Source of the DNA: Verrucomicrobiota bacterium
GTDB lineage: Bacteria; Verrucomicrobiota; Verrucomicrobiia; Limisphaerales; UBA11358
DNA length: 64,000 nucleotides
NCBI GenBank assembly: GCA_028873125.1
Contig: JAGWMQ010000002.1
Coordinates: 15,124 to 79,123 of the forward strand
Direction of reading: 5' to 3'
The position numbers were made by a program, and so were the translations under genes. Positions 48,866 to 60,500 of the stretch are shown piece by piece. Position 1 is the first letter of the stretch, and every line of letters starts with the position of its first letter. The notes under the pieces were generated by a model. That model made no database searches and was not told the origin of the DNA. It saw only the letters and a program-made list of their open reading frames with translations.

Positions 48866-49156
48866 ATGGAAAAATTAAGCGGCGCCCAGATCGAAGCCGC
48901 GATGGCGTCCGTGCCGGATTGGCGGCGCAACGGCGCGGTCATCTCCCGGACGTTTCAATTCAAGGACTTTCCCGCCGCCATGAAATTCGTCAACGCGGTC
49001 GCCGACCTGGCCGAAAAGGCCTGGCACCACCCGGACATTGACATCCGTTGGAACCGGGTGACGCTGGCGCTCACGACGCACGACGCGGGCGGCCTGACCG
49101 AAAGGGACTTTGATCTGGCCCGGCAGTTCGATCGGTTGCAATCGCCGCCGGGGTGA
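48866..49156 (+). CDS. phhB: Pterin-4-alpha-carbinolamine dehydratase
   Basis: It is 96 aa, with FKDFPAAMKFVNAVADLAEKAWHHPDIDIRWNRVTLALTTHDAGGLTERD. Confidence 0.88.
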   Translation: MEKLSGAQIEAAMASVPDWRRNGAVISRTFQFKDFPAAMKFVNAVADLAEKAWHHPDIDIRWNRVTLALTTHDAGGLTERDFDLARQFDRLQSPPG

Positions 49157-49227
49157 TGGTTGGACCCCGGCGCACGAACCCCTCTTCCGAACCGCTCCCA
49201 TGGTTGCGCGGCGCAAGGCCTTCTTGA

Positions 49228-50580
<1,353 letters not shown>

Positions 50581-50759
50581 CGGTTCGTCCGGCCGGTCCC
50601 GATTGGGTTGAGGGGCCGGCTGGCAACCGCCGGCGCGGATTCCAGACCGGTCGCCCGGAAACGGGCTTCCGGTTCCTCGCTTTCGGAGGCCGCTCAAAAA
50701 GCGAAAATACAACCCTTCCCCCATCTGGTTCTTCGTGGGTTCTTCATCCTTCTCCTCTT

Positions 50760-50981
50760 TCAATACCCCTGTCTCGCCAGCCAGTAAGCCGCGGCCATCA
50801 CTGCCAGGCAGATCAGCGACATCATCAGCGCGCTGGTGACAAACCAGGACGCCGCGCCCATCAACACGCCGGCCACCAGTGGCACGGTGCTGCGCTGCCG
50901 CCAGCCATAAATGCAATATCCGCTGGACACCGCCCCCCAAAACATGGAGGCCACCAGAAAATTTTGATTCAACCAGTTCAC
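50760..50981 (-). CDS. Small hypothetical membrane protein (73 aa)
   Basis: Has three hydrophobic segments and lies in an otherwise unassigned gap. No family was recognised. Confidence 0.35.
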   Translation of the reverse strand: MNWLNQNFLVASMFWGAVSSGYCIYGWRQRSTVPLVAGVLMGAASWFVTSALMMSLICLAVMAAAYWLARQGY

Positions 50982-51181
50982 GGTCGTCAGCCCAACGATG
51001 CCACGGGTCGGACCTCGCAGACGGCCAACCTTGGGACATCGGCAGCCATGATGCCCCAGTCGCCAGCGGAAAGCAAATCGAAGTCCCGACGGCCCGGATC
51101 AGCGGATCGATCCCGATGCCACCGCGTGGGCATCTGACAAGCGGCCGTTGCATTTTGCGCAACCGTGGGCGACGTTGCGGC

Positions 51182-51856
51182 GTGACGAAACCCATCCTTT
51201 TGGTTCTGGCGCTCCTGGGTTGCGCGGGCCAGGCGCTGGCGCTGGACCGGACGCAACTGGACGATCGCATCCGCCTCCTGACCGCGAAATTCGAGGCGTT
51301 GCAGCGCTCGCCGGACCAACGCGTGCCGGCCGACCTGCTGCGCCAGGCGCGTGGCGTCGTTTTGCTGGACCGCTTCAAGGCCGGCTTCCTGTTCGCCTTT
51401 CAAGGCGGCGGCGGTGTGGCCCTGGTCCGGGACAAATCGGGACACTGGAGTCCGGCGGCGTTTTTGACCGCGAACGAGGCCAGCCTCGGCTTTCAGGTGG
51501 GCGGCGAGCGGAACTTTTGCGTGATCCTGTTGATGACGACCCGGGCGACGGAGGCCTTGACCGGGTCCACCAGCAATTTCGGCGGAGAGGCGCGCGGGAC
51601 GGCGGGCAATCAGAGCTCCGGGGTCGAAGGCAAGTTCACGGATTCCGGGCAAGCGGCGCTGATTTTCGAGGATCGTAACGGATTCTACGGCGGCGTCTCC
51701 ATCAAAGGTGGTACCCTCTCCCCGGACAACCGGGCGAATGAAATCTACTACGGCAGATATGTTTCGGTGAGGGACATCCTGTTCGGCAGGAAAGTGGCGT
51801 CCACGCCTGCGGAAATCGAACTGGCCCGGCAACTCTCCGCCTTTTCCAAAGAGTGA
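51182..51856 (+). CDS. SYLF (Ysc84/DUF500) lipid-binding domain lipoprotein
   Basis: The GTG start gives the signal VTKPILLVLALLGCAG. It has GFLFAFQGGGGVALVR, ASLGFQVGGE and GFYGGVSIKGG. Confidence 0.7.
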   Translation: MTKPILLVLALLGCAGQALALDRTQLDDRIRLLTAKFEALQRSPDQRVPADLLRQARGVVLLDRFKAGFLFAFQGGGGVALVRDKSGHWSPAAFLTANEASLGFQVGGERNFCVILLMTTRATEALTGSTSNFGGEARGTAGNQSSGVEGKFTDSGQAALIFEDRNGFYGGVSIKGGTLSPDNRANEIYYGRYVSVRDILFGRKVASTPAEIELARQLSAFSKE

Positions 51857-51862
51857 GGGGTC

Positions 51863-52984
51863 TCAGTCGGCGTTCGGATACGAGCCCAGGACCTTGACAA
51901 AATTGCAATGCGCGCCGAGCAGTTGGATGGCCCGGGCCACCTTGGCGTCCCGGGCGTGGCCCTGGCAGTCAATGAAAAAGAAATACTCCCAGGCCTTGCG
52001 CTTGCTCGGGCGCGACTCGATTTTGGTCATGTTGATCCGGTAACGGCGGAAGGCGGCAATCGCCTCGTGCAGCGCGCCGACCTTGTCGTGAACGCTGATC
52101 ATCAGGCTGGTCCGGTCGTCGCCGGTGGGCGGACTGCATTGGCGGCCCAGCACCAAAAAGCGCGTGGCGTTGGCGGCGTTGTCCTGGATGTCCTGCTCCA
52201 GAATTTCCAGACCATACTTCTCGGCGGCCAGCACGCCGGCGACGGCTGCGGCGTCCCTTTCCCGGGCGGCCAGTTCCGCCGAGCGCGCGTTGGAGGAGGT
52301 CTCGATGATTTCCGCGCGCGGCAGATGGTTTTGAATCCAGCCGCGGCACTGCGCCAGCGACTGCGGATGCGCGTAGAGCTTCAGGATCTTCGGGCGCGGG
52401 GTGTTGCTCAGAAGACATTGCTGCACGGGCAGGACGATTTGCGACACGATTTTCAAATCGCTGTCCACAAACATGTCCAGCGTGTGGGTGACCACGCCTT
52501 CGGTGGAATTCTCCACCGGCACGACGCCGTAATCGGCCCGGCCCTTGCTGACCTCGGTGAAAACGTCGGCAATGGTTTTCTGCGAGGCATAACGCAGGCT
52601 GGCGCCGAATTTCCGGATGGCCGCCTGATGGGTGAACGTCGCCTCCGGGCCGAGATAGGCGATGGTCATGGTCTTTTCGAGGGCCAGCGCGCTGGACATG
52701 ATTTCGCGGTAAACGGCGCGGAGCTGCTCGCTGGTCATGGGCCCGGCGTTGAGTTTGCAAATGCGCTCCAGTACGCTGCGTTCGCGGTGCGGCGCGTAAA
52801 TCTCCTCGCCCGCCGCCAGCTTGATGTTGCCGATGGCCAGCACGTGGCGCGTGCGCTCGTTGAGCAATCGGACGATCTGCCCGTCCAGCCGGTCAATGGC
52901 CTTCCGATGTTCGGCAATATTCACGCCCCGGCAGGATGCGGAATCAGGTCCGAAGAAGCAAATCCGTTTCGCCGCGCTTGTCAC
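51863..52984 (-). CDS. pheA: Bifunctional chorismate mutase / prephenate dehydratase (P-protein)
   Basis: The CM helix is HRKAIDRLDGQIVRLLNERT, the PDT domain has IAYLGPEATFTHQAA and TRFLVLG, and a C-terminal ACT domain has ESRPS. An alternative GTG start at 52924 would give a more plausible divergent intergenic spacer. Confidence 0.88.
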   Translation of the reverse strand: MTSAAKRICFFGPDSASCRGVNIAEHRKAIDRLDGQIVRLLNERTRHVLAIGNIKLAAGEEIYAPHRERSVLERICKLNAGPMTSEQLRAVYREIMSSALALEKTMTIAYLGPEATFTHQAAIRKFGASLRYASQKTIADVFTEVSKGRADYGVVPVENSTEGVVTHTLDMFVDSDLKIVSQIVLPVQQCLLSNTPRPKILKLYAHPQSLAQCRGWIQNHLPRAEIIETSSNARSAELAARERDAAAVAGVLAAEKYGLEILEQDIQDNAANATRFLVLGRQCSPPTGDDRTSLMISVHDKVGALHEAIAAFRRYRINMTKIESRPSKRKAWEYFFFIDCQGHARDAKVARAIQLLGAHCNFVKVLGSYPNAD

Positions 52985-53015
52985 AGCCCCCGAAATGTGC
53001 CTAGGCTTTCTCCAT

Positions 53016-55283
53016 ATGACGCCATCGTTGATTTCCCTGTTTCACTTTGCAACCAAACGGGTTTCTCCAAAGGTCCGGTCGTTCGTCACCGTGCTGGCTA
53101 TGTTGACTCTGGCCGCGTCCCGCAGCCAGTCCGCCGTCGCCATTTCCGCCCCCGGGAGCGGCCTGACGGCGCGTGTGGACGAAGCCAGCGGCGTTTACGA
53201 GGTCGCGCTGCATCATCCGGCTAGGAGGTTCGCGGGCCATTTGGCGGCGCCCATGACGGATGCCGTCGTCAGCCGCGGCAGCGACACGGTCGGCGCTTAT
53301 CGGGAAATCCGTTTTGCGTGGCGCGACGGTGCGACGCCGATGACGGGGCGAATCCGTCTTTACAATGGGAAACCGCTGGCGCTGTTCGCCGAAATGTGCG
53401 ACGCGGCGGTGGAAACGCCACCGGCGCCCTTCCCGGACTTCACGAAGCTGCCCGCCGACCTGCATGTCTTCAGCTACCGCCAGGAGACCTTTGCGCCGCC
53501 GCAATTCGAGGCCAACGACACCTCCACGCCCTGGCTGCTGTTTGACGGGCGGGCCAACGCGCTGGTCATCTCGCCGGCCTCTCATTTCATGGTGGCGAGT
53601 CTGTTTGGAGACGGCCGGAGCCGGATTGCCAGCGGCATGAACAACCGGTTGCGAAACCTTCCCGCCGGTTTCACCCAGCAAACGCTTCTGGCCTTCGGCC
53701 AAGGCATCAACCGCGCGTGGGCTTTGTGGGGCTGCACGTTGACCGCGTTGGAAGGCGCGACGCGGCCCGGCGACGACGCGGATGACGTGTTGAAATACCT
53801 GGGTTACTGGACCGACAACGGCGCCACTTATTATTACAATTACGACACCAACCTGGGCTACGCCGGCACGCTCGAGTCGCTGGTGGAGCGTTACCGCCGC
53901 GAGCAAATCCCCATCCACTATCTGCAACTGGACAGTTGGTGGTATTACAAAAGTTTCAACGGCCCCGACGGCCAGCCGGGCGGAACCAAGGCGCCGCAAT
54001 TGCCCGAAGGCGAATGGAACCGCTACGGTGGCCTGCTCGAATACAAGGCGCCGCCGTTTCTGTTCACCGACGGACTGGCCGCGTTCCAAAAAACCATTGG
54101 CCTGCCGCTGGTGACGCACAACCGTTGGATTGACCCGGCCAGCCCCTATCACCAGAAATACAAAATCTCCGGCCTCGCCGCCGTGGACCCACGATGGTGG
54201 GACCACATCACCGACTATTTGAAATCCTGCGGCGTGGCGACCTACGAGCAGGACTGGCTGGACCGGATTTACAAATACTCGCCGCCCTTCAGCAGCACCC
54301 CCGACACCGCGGAGATGTTTCTGGACGACATGGCGCGCGCCTGCCGCGAACGGAGCCTGACTATGCAGTATTGCATGCCGTATCCGTGCCATTTCCTGCA
54401 AGGCAGCCGTTATGAAAACCTCACCACCATCCGCGTCAGCGACGACCGGTTCCAGCCGGCGCACTGGAACAATTTCCTTTACACCTCGCGTCTGGCCGCC
54501 GCCTTGGGCATCTGGCCGTGGGTGGACGTGTTCATGAGCGGCGAGACCAACAACCTGCTTCTGGCGACGCTCTCGGCCGGACCGGTCGGCATCGGCGACG
54601 CCATCGGACGGGAAAACAAGGCGAACCTTTTGAAAGCCGTCCGCGCCGACGGCGTCATCGTCAAGCCCGACGCGCCCATCGTGCCGCTGGACCGCAGCTA
54701 CCTGGCGGACGCGCGGGGAATCCAGTCGCCGCTGATCGCCGGCACGTTCACCGACCACGACGGGTTGAAGACCGGATACGTTTTCGCGTTCAACCGCTCC
54801 AGGACCGACGACGAGGAAATGCGCTTTGCGCCGGCCGACCTGGGATTGAGCGGCCCGGTTTATGTGTATGACTGGTTTGCCGGCGCCGCCCGGCACCTGA
54901 CCTCAAGCCGCCTCTTTTCGGCCGCGCTGAAGCCGCAGGCGGCCGCCTTTTACCTCGTCGCGCCCGTCGGCAAGAGCGGAATTGCGTTTCTGGGCGACCG
55001 CGGCAAATTTGTTTCCACCGGCAGCCAACGGATTGCCTCGATGCGGGACACGCCGGGGCAATTGACCGTCGGCGTGCTTTTCGCGACCAACGAAAATTCT
55101 GTTGTCCTGCATGGCTACGCCGCCCGCGCGCCTAAAGTGACGGCCCAAAACGGCGGCGCGGGCGCGGTGAACTACGACGCCGCCACGCGGTACTTCACCG
55201 TGGAATTAAAGCCGGACCCGGCCTCGGCTCCGACCGATTCGGGCGGCGATCCGGTGCGCCGGGTGACGGCGATTTTTCGGTGA
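53016..55283 (+). CDS. Secreted hypothetical protein, possible TIM-barrel glycoside hydrolase
   Basis: Has a signal peptide, LKYLGYWTDNGATYYYNYD and IHYLQLDSWWY. The family was not recognised with confidence. Confidence 0.4.
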   Translation: MTPSLISLFHFATKRVSPKVRSFVTVLAMLTLAASRSQSAVAISAPGSGLTARVDEASGVYEVALHHPARRFAGHLAAPMTDAVVSRGSDTVGAYREIRFAWRDGATPMTGRIRLYNGKPLALFAEMCDAAVETPPAPFPDFTKLPADLHVFSYRQETFAPPQFEANDTSTPWLLFDGRANALVISPASHFMVASLFGDGRSRIASGMNNRLRNLPAGFTQQTLLAFGQGINRAWALWGCTLTALEGATRPGDDADDVLKYLGYWTDNGATYYYNYDTNLGYAGTLESLVERYRREQIPIHYLQLDSWWYYKSFNGPDGQPGGTKAPQLPEGEWNRYGGLLEYKAPPFLFTDGLAAFQKTIGLPLVTHNRWIDPASPYHQKYKISGLAAVDPRWWDHITDYLKSCGVATYEQDWLDRIYKYSPPFSSTPDTAEMFLDDMARACRERSLTMQYCMPYPCHFLQGSRYENLTTIRVSDDRFQPAHWNNFLYTSRLAAALGIWPWVDVFMSGETNNLLLATLSAGPVGIGDAIGRENKANLLKAVRADGVIVKPDAPIVPLDRSYLADARGIQSPLIAGTFTDHDGLKTGYVFAFNRSRTDDEEMRFAPADLGLSGPVYVYDWFAGAARHLTSSRLFSAALKPQAAAFYLVAPVGKSGIAFLGDRGKFVSTGSQRIASMRDTPGQLTVGVLFATNENSVVLHGYAARAPKVTAQNGGAGAVNYDAATRYFTVELKPDPASAPTDSGGDPVRRVTAIFR

Positions 55284-55520
55284 TTAAAACCCGCGACAGG
55301 CAGTTCCGCTTCTGAGAGGTCTTATCAGCCACCTCCGAAATGGTCCAGCACGTGGATTCCCTTTGCGCCCGGACGATCAATCCACGTCCGGTTACAGCGT
55401 TCAACTTCCGGCCTTTCCGATAACCGGAGGGCCGTCAGACGCAGCCGCCTTCTTCAACGGAGAAACCAGGCTCGAGGCGATTGATTTCCACAGTTGCCAA
55501 CCTTGCGGCAAACCCGCTAA

Positions 55521-56018
55521 ATGACCCGAATGCCAACGGTTGCCGAACAACTCCGCGCCGCGCGCGAGGCCCGCAAGCTGACCATCGCCGAAGTGGCGGA
55601 GGCGACGAAAATCCGCACCGACCACATCCGCGCGCTGGAGGAGGGAAACTACAACGCCTTTTCGGCGACCATCTACATCCGCGGCTCGGTGCGCAATTAC
55701 GCCACGCTGCTGAAACTGGACACCCCGCGGATCATGGCCGCGCTGGACGAGGAATTGCACGGCACGGAAAAATTCAGCGAGCCGCCGCCGCTGGTCGAGG
55801 AATCCAACACCACCCTCGACCAGGTGATGTTTCTGCTCTCCAAGTTCGACTGGCGCAAAAGCGTGATCGGTCTGGCCGCGCTGGGCGTCATCCTGATCGC
55901 GATGATGGTCACGCTGCTGTGGCGGCATCATCAGCGCGCCAATCCCCTGGCGGGCCTGCCGCCGGCGGTCTATCAGCCGGCCGGTTCCGGCGAAACCCTG
56001 CCCCTGCCGAAGCGGTGA
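55521..56018 (+). CDS. RodZ-like HTH (XRE-type) membrane protein
   Basis: The N-terminal HTH is VAEQLRAAREARKLTIAEVAEATKIRTDHIRALEEGNY, and a single TM follows (VIGLAALGVILIAMMVTLLW). Confidence 0.7.
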   Translation: MTRMPTVAEQLRAAREARKLTIAEVAEATKIRTDHIRALEEGNYNAFSATIYIRGSVRNYATLLKLDTPRIMAALDEELHGTEKFSEPPPLVEESNTTLDQVMFLLSKFDWRKSVIGLAALGVILIAMMVTLLWRHHQRANPLAGLPPAVYQPAGSGETLPLPKR

Positions 56019-56109
56019 AGTATTCTGCGATCTGCGTGATGCGCTGGACGCGCGACGCGCGCGAACGAAGGCAAATGTGGAGGCCGCCCGTCGCCTGTGG
56101 CAAATGCGG

Positions 56110-56712
56110 TCACATTTCGCTCAAATACAGCGCGCGGTTGCGCCACAAATACATCGTCCCGGACGCCGCCGTGAGCGCCACCGCCACCCACAGCATGAGG
56201 CGCGCGGCAATTGGGAGCCACGGCTGGAAAAGACCCTGCAGCCAGGGCGGCCATTCCGCGCAGGCCACCACGATCAGCACGGCGATGATCGCCGCGATTT
56301 GCGAGACGGTCTTGTGCTTGCCGCAGCCCTCCGCCGCCAGAATGACGTTTTTGGACGCCGCCAGCAGCCGCAGGCCGGTGATGGCCAGCTCCCGCGCGAC
56401 GATGAGCACAACCATCCAGGCGGCGACCTTGACGGGTGCGGCAGGACGCAGATGCGTGCTTTCGACGAAGGCGATGAACGCCGAACAGGTCATGATTTTG
56501 TCCGCCAACGGATCCATCAAAATGCCGAAATTCGTGATGAGACCACGGCGACGCGCGATCCGGCCGTCGAGAAAATCCGTGACCCCGGCGGCGCAGAACA
56601 GGAGCAGCGCCAGCGTGTTCCGCAGCGGGACCGGCCAGGGCCAGAACAGCGCCCAGAGAAAGACCACCGTCAGCCCAAAGCGCAGGACCGTCAGTTTGTT
56701 GGGCAGGTTCAT
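56110..56712 (-). CDS. pgsA: CDP-diacylglycerol--glycerol-3-phosphate 3-phosphatidyltransferase
   Basis: Has the CDP-alcohol phosphatidyltransferase motif DFLDGRIARRRGLITNFGILMDPLADK. Confidence 0.88.
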   Translation of the reverse strand: MNLPNKLTVLRFGLTVVFLWALFWPWPVPLRNTLALLLFCAAGVTDFLDGRIARRRGLITNFGILMDPLADKIMTCSAFIAFVESTHLRPAAPVKVAAWMVVLIVARELAITGLRLLAASKNVILAAEGCGKHKTVSQIAAIIAVLIVVACAEWPPWLQGLFQPWLPIAARLMLWVAVALTAASGTMYLWRNRALYLSEM

Positions 56713-56715
56713 TTA

Positions 56716-56736
56716 CGATTTGCGATTTGCGATTTG
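56716..56736. repeat. Heptamer tandem repeat (CGATTTG)x3 abutting the pgsA start codon
   Basis: The minus strand reads CAAATCG CAAATCG CAAATCG TAA ATG. Confidence 0.8.
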
Positions 56737-56788
56737 CGCGACGTTCCAACGACGGATTCGCCGGCCGTCAACCGCTTTTCGCAAATGG

Positions 56789-58015
56789 TTACGCGCCGAA
56801 TTTATCGAACATCCGCGCGTTGGCCTGCATGAGCCGGATCAAATACTTCGATTCAAAAATCCCCAACGAGCCGAGGTTGGCGCCGGTTTCGGTGAAGCGC
56901 TCCAGCTTGTCCGAGCCGCTCACGGCCGAATGCAGCAGCACCGGCTGCGGATGCCAGGAATGCCCCTGGACGGCTACGGGCGTCGAATGGTCGCCGGTCA
57001 GGACCAGCACATCGGGCTTCTTGCGCAGCAGGATCGGCAGCGCGGCGTCAAAATCCTCAAGCGCCTTCATCTTGGCCAGAAAGTTGCCGTCCTCGCCCGC
57101 CTTGTCAGTGTATTTGTAATGGATGAAAAAGAAATCGAAGTTGGGATATTCGACCAGGTAGCGCTCGAATTGCTCGGCAATCGTCGCCGGCCCCTCGACT
57201 TTTTTCATGCCGACCAGTTGCGCCAACCCCTTATACATCGGATAAACGGCCAGCGCCGCGGGCCGGAGCCGGTAGCGCTCCTCGAAGAGCGGGATGTGCG
57301 GCTGATGGGCGATGCCGCGCATGAGAAAGGCGTTGGCGGGTTTTTCCTTTGCCAGCACCGGCAGCGCGGCCTTGTAAAAGTCGGCCACGAGCGCGGCCAT
57401 CTTTTTCTGCCCGGCGTTGTTTTCGTCCCGAGGGCGGACGGTGGGAATGGGAAAGCCCTCGCGGTTGGGATCGGCGTCCGTGAGCGGACCTTCCAGCCCC
57501 GGTCCGCGGAAGACGACGACGAAACGGTGTTCCTTGCCGGCCTTGATGAGCACCTCCGTGTCGCCGATGCTTTTGATCTGGGCGGCCAGTTTGGCGCACA
57601 ATCGTTCGCAAATTTCGGTGGCGATTCTTCCGGCGCGGCGGTCGGTGACAACGCCCCTGGCGTCGAGCGTGGCGAAATTGGCGCGCGCGGCCACGTCGCC
57701 GGGTCTCAACTCCAGGCCCAGCCCAAGGGCCTCAATGACCCCGCGGCCGACCTGAAATTCCAAGGGATCGTATCCGAAGAGGCCCAGATGACCCGGCCCG
57801 CTGCCGGGGGTGATGCCCGGCGCCACGGGAATCATGCGGCCCTGCGCGCAGCCGCTGCGCACCAGGGCGTCGAGGTTGGGGGTCGTGGCCGCCTCCAGCG
57901 GGGTCATGTTGTTTTGCTCCGGAGTCGCCAAATCGCCGAGGCCGTCGAGGACGACCAGCGCGAGTTTGGCTTTCGTTTTCAGCGTCAGCTCGGAATACAG
58001 CGCGTCCAGTTTCAT
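56789..58015 (-). CDS. apgM: Cofactor-independent phosphoglycerate mutase, archaeal-type (ApgM family)
   Basis: Has LALVVLDGLGD, TGDHSTP and an alkaline-phosphatase-like core. The start is taken at the internal Met (MKLDALYSEL), which is in frame with the track ORF. Confidence 0.75.
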   Translation of the reverse strand: MKLDALYSELTLKTKAKLALVVLDGLGDLATPEQNNMTPLEAATTPNLDALVRSGCAQGRMIPVAPGITPGSGPGHLGLFGYDPLEFQVGRGVIEALGLGLELRPGDVAARANFATLDARGVVTDRRAGRIATEICERLCAKLAAQIKSIGDTEVLIKAGKEHRFVVVFRGPGLEGPLTDADPNREGFPIPTVRPRDENNAGQKKMAALVADFYKAALPVLAKEKPANAFLMRGIAHQPHIPLFEERYRLRPAALAVYPMYKGLAQLVGMKKVEGPATIAEQFERYLVEYPNFDFFFIHYKYTDKAGEDGNFLAKMKALEDFDAALPILLRKKPDVLVLTGDHSTPVAVQGHSWHPQPVLLHSAVSGSDKLERFTETGANLGSLGIFESKYLIRLMQANARMFDKFGA

Positions 58016-58100
58016 GCGCCCAATTTGCGGCCAAACGCGCGCCGGCGCAATGCGATTCCCGTTTGCGCCCCGCCGGAAGCCTGACATCATTTTGTCCGGC

Positions 58101-59249
58101 ATGAATTCACTGGCACTGCGCGACTTTCACCGCCGCCTCGGCGCCCGGTTCGGAGAAGTGAACGGGGCCGAGGTTGCGTGCGATTACGGCGACTGGCTGG
58201 CGGAACACGCCGCACTCGGCCAAAGCGCCGTGCTGGATCTCAGTTTTCGCGGCCGCCTGTGCCTGGTCGGCGCGGACCGGATCCGGTTCCTGCACGGCCA
58301 GGTGACCAACGACGTGAAAGCCCTCCGCGCCGGCGCCGGCTGCTATGCCGCGCTGGTCACCGCCAAAGGCAAAATGGAGGGCGACCTGAACATTTTCAAC
58401 CTGGCGGACGAATTGCTTCTGGATTTCGAGCCGGGCCTGACGGAAAAAATTTCGCGGCGGCTGGAAAGATTCATCGTGGCCGACGAGGTGCAAATCGTGG
58501 ACGCCGCGCCGCATTACGGCCTCCTCACCGCGCAGGGACCGGGCTCGGAACGTGTCATCGGCGGTTTGAACCTGTTTCCCGACATTCCGCATGTACCCCT
58601 GGATTCGGTGAAAATTTCTGATCCAACGCGGGGTGAAATTTATTTGATGAACCATCCCCGGCTCAGGCCGTGGCTGGAGACCGCCGCTTCCAAGGGCTTG
58701 GACTCGTCCGCGCACTCTGCAACCTCGTGCGGGTTTGATCTGTTCGTGCCGAAGGATTCCCTCGCCGTTATCGCCGACAAATTGATCGCCGCGGCCAAAG
58801 CACTTGGCGGCCGGGCCGCCGGCTGGACGGCGTTTGAAGCCGCGCGCATCGAGGCGGGCATTCCCCGGTTTGGCGCGGACATGGATGAAACGAACCTGCC
58901 GCTCGAATGCGGCATCGAAGCCGGCGCCGTCAGCTACCGCAAAGGTTGCTACATCGGGCAGGAGGTCATCAACCGCATCCACAGCTTCGGTCGCGTCACG
59001 AAGGAACTGTGCGGCCTGCGCCTTGCCGGGAATCTCAACGCCCTGCCGGGAAGGCACGACAAGCTTTTCTGTGGAGCGAGGGAAGTCGGCTACGTGACCA
59101 GCGCGCTGCGCTCTCCATCCCTCGGGGCCAACATCGCCCTGGGTTATGTCCGGCGCGAAGCCGGCCAGCTTGGAACGGAACTGACCTTGCGGACGGCGGA
59201 TGCCCAAACTCCCGCGCGCGTCGTAGAGATGCCGTTTGCGAAATTGTGA
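58101..59249 (+). CDS. ygfZ: YgfZ-type folate-binding protein (GcvT-like fold)
   Basis: Has FRGRLCLVGADRIRFLHGQVTNDV and the YgfZ signature KGCYIGQE. Confidence 0.75.
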   Translation: MNSLALRDFHRRLGARFGEVNGAEVACDYGDWLAEHAALGQSAVLDLSFRGRLCLVGADRIRFLHGQVTNDVKALRAGAGCYAALVTAKGKMEGDLNIFNLADELLLDFEPGLTEKISRRLERFIVADEVQIVDAAPHYGLLTAQGPGSERVIGGLNLFPDIPHVPLDSVKISDPTRGEIYLMNHPRLRPWLETAASKGLDSSAHSATSCGFDLFVPKDSLAVIADKLIAAAKALGGRAAGWTAFEAARIEAGIPRFGADMDETNLPLECGIEAGAVSYRKGCYIGQEVINRIHSFGRVTKELCGLRLAGNLNALPGRHDKLFCGAREVGYVTSALRSPSLGANIALGYVRREAGQLGTELTLRTADAQTPARVVEMPFAKL

Positions 59250-59330
59250 ACGGCCGGCCCATCGAAACCTCATGTCCTCTGACCGGTTCAATGGTCCTAC
59301 CCAACGGTCTGACGATGCCACCTGTCGGCG

Positions 59331-60440
59331 TCAACTCAACCGCATCGGCATGACCACATAGAGGAAGGGTCCATTGACCTTGAGCACGCCGGGACTCAGT
59401 TCGTCAATCAACTCCAAAAAGACCTCGTCCTCGGTCAGCGCACCGAGCGGATCAATGAGGTATTTGGGGTTGAAGGCGATGGAAAGCTCCTTGCCCTTGT
59501 AATTGACCGCCAGTGATTCCCGGGCCTCGCCAACCTCCGGTGAATTGGCGGTAATGGCCAGGTTGTTCTTGCTGAATGTGAGTTTGACGGAGTTGGCCTT
59601 TTCGCTGGTCATGATCTCGGCCCGGCGGAGGGCGTGCAGGAGTTCCTCGCGGATCAGCGGCACCCGCTCCGAGGCCTGCGACGGAATGACCTGCCGGTAG
59701 TTGGGATAATTTCCCTCGATAAGCTTGGTTACCAGGAGCACGGAGAGGGCCTTGTCGTCCTTGAGGGCGAACGACGCCTGGTTGTCTGCAAACTTGATGG
59801 CCACCTCGCCGCTTTCCTGGAGGAGACGGTTTAATTCATTCACCGCTTTGGCGGGGACGATGAACTCTCCCTGGCTTTTTTCCGCCACATCCACCTCCTC
59901 CTCTGCCAGCGACAAGCGCCTGCCGTCGGTCGCCACGACAGTCATCTTGTTGTCCTTGAGACTGATGAAGATGCCGTTCAGCACGTAGCGCGATTCATCA
60001 GTCGAGATGGCGAACGACGTTTTTTTCAACATGTCGCGCACCGTTTTTTGCGCCAGCGTGGCCTTCTTCTCATCCTTGAACTTGGGCATCGGCGGAAACT
60101 CCTCCGCAGCCAGGCCGTGGATTTTGAAGAAAGAAGGTCCGCAGCGCACGCTGAACACGTTCTTGTCGTCCACCTCGATTTCGATCTCGCTGCCGTTCAA
60201 TTCGCGGACGATCCCGAACAGCTTCTTGACCGGCACCGTCGCGGCGCCCGGCTTGCCCACCTTCGCTTCCACGCTGCTGGCCACGGTCACGTCCAGATCC
60301 GTCGCCGTGAATTCCACCTTTCCCGACTCGGCGTGGATCAGGACATTCGAGAGAATGGGCAGGGTCGTCCGGGTGCTGACGACATTCTGAACCGCTTGCA
60401 GCCCGGTGAGGATTTGATCCTTGGCGATGGTCAGGTTCAT
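59331..60440 (-). CDS. dnaN: DNA polymerase III beta sliding clamp
   Basis: It is 369 aa, with LQAVQNVVSTRTTLPILSNVLI, ATDGRRL and the C-terminus PMRL. Confidence 0.92.
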   Translation of the reverse strand: MNLTIAKDQILTGLQAVQNVVSTRTTLPILSNVLIHAESGKVEFTATDLDVTVASSVEAKVGKPGAATVPVKKLFGIVRELNGSEIEIEVDDKNVFSVRCGPSFFKIHGLAAEEFPPMPKFKDEKKATLAQKTVRDMLKKTSFAISTDESRYVLNGIFISLKDNKMTVVATDGRRLSLAEEEVDVAEKSQGEFIVPAKAVNELNRLLQESGEVAIKFADNQASFALKDDKALSVLLVTKLIEGNYPNYRQVIPSQASERVPLIREELLHALRRAEIMTSEKANSVKLTFSKNNLAITANSPEVGEARESLAVNYKGKELSIAFNPKYLIDPLGALTEDEVFLELIDELSPGVLKVNGPFLYVVMPMRLS

Positions 60441-60491
60441 GAGCGGATAATAGTATTTTTGTTATTCCAAAAAATCGTTATTATTAAGGTC

Positions 60492-60500
60492 TGTGGATAA
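60492..60500 (-). promoter_or_regulatory. Perfect DnaA box (TTATCCACA) in the AT-rich dnaN upstream region
   Basis: The plus strand reads TGTGGATAA, 52-60 nt upstream of the dnaN ATG. The AT-rich run 60447-60490 is adjacent. A 2-mismatch box (AGCGGATAA) lies at 60442-60450. Confidence 0.5.

Noticed and set aside
53001-54896. 631-aa ORF on the minus strand
   Set aside because: It is antisense to the 755-aa secreted protein, which has a signal peptide and normal composition. The antisense product is Arg/Gly/Val-rich.
55481-58084. 867-aa ORF on the plus strand
   Set aside because: It overlaps the rodZ-like gene in another frame and is antisense to pgsA and apgM. Its composition is Arg/Ala/Gly-rich with no motifs.
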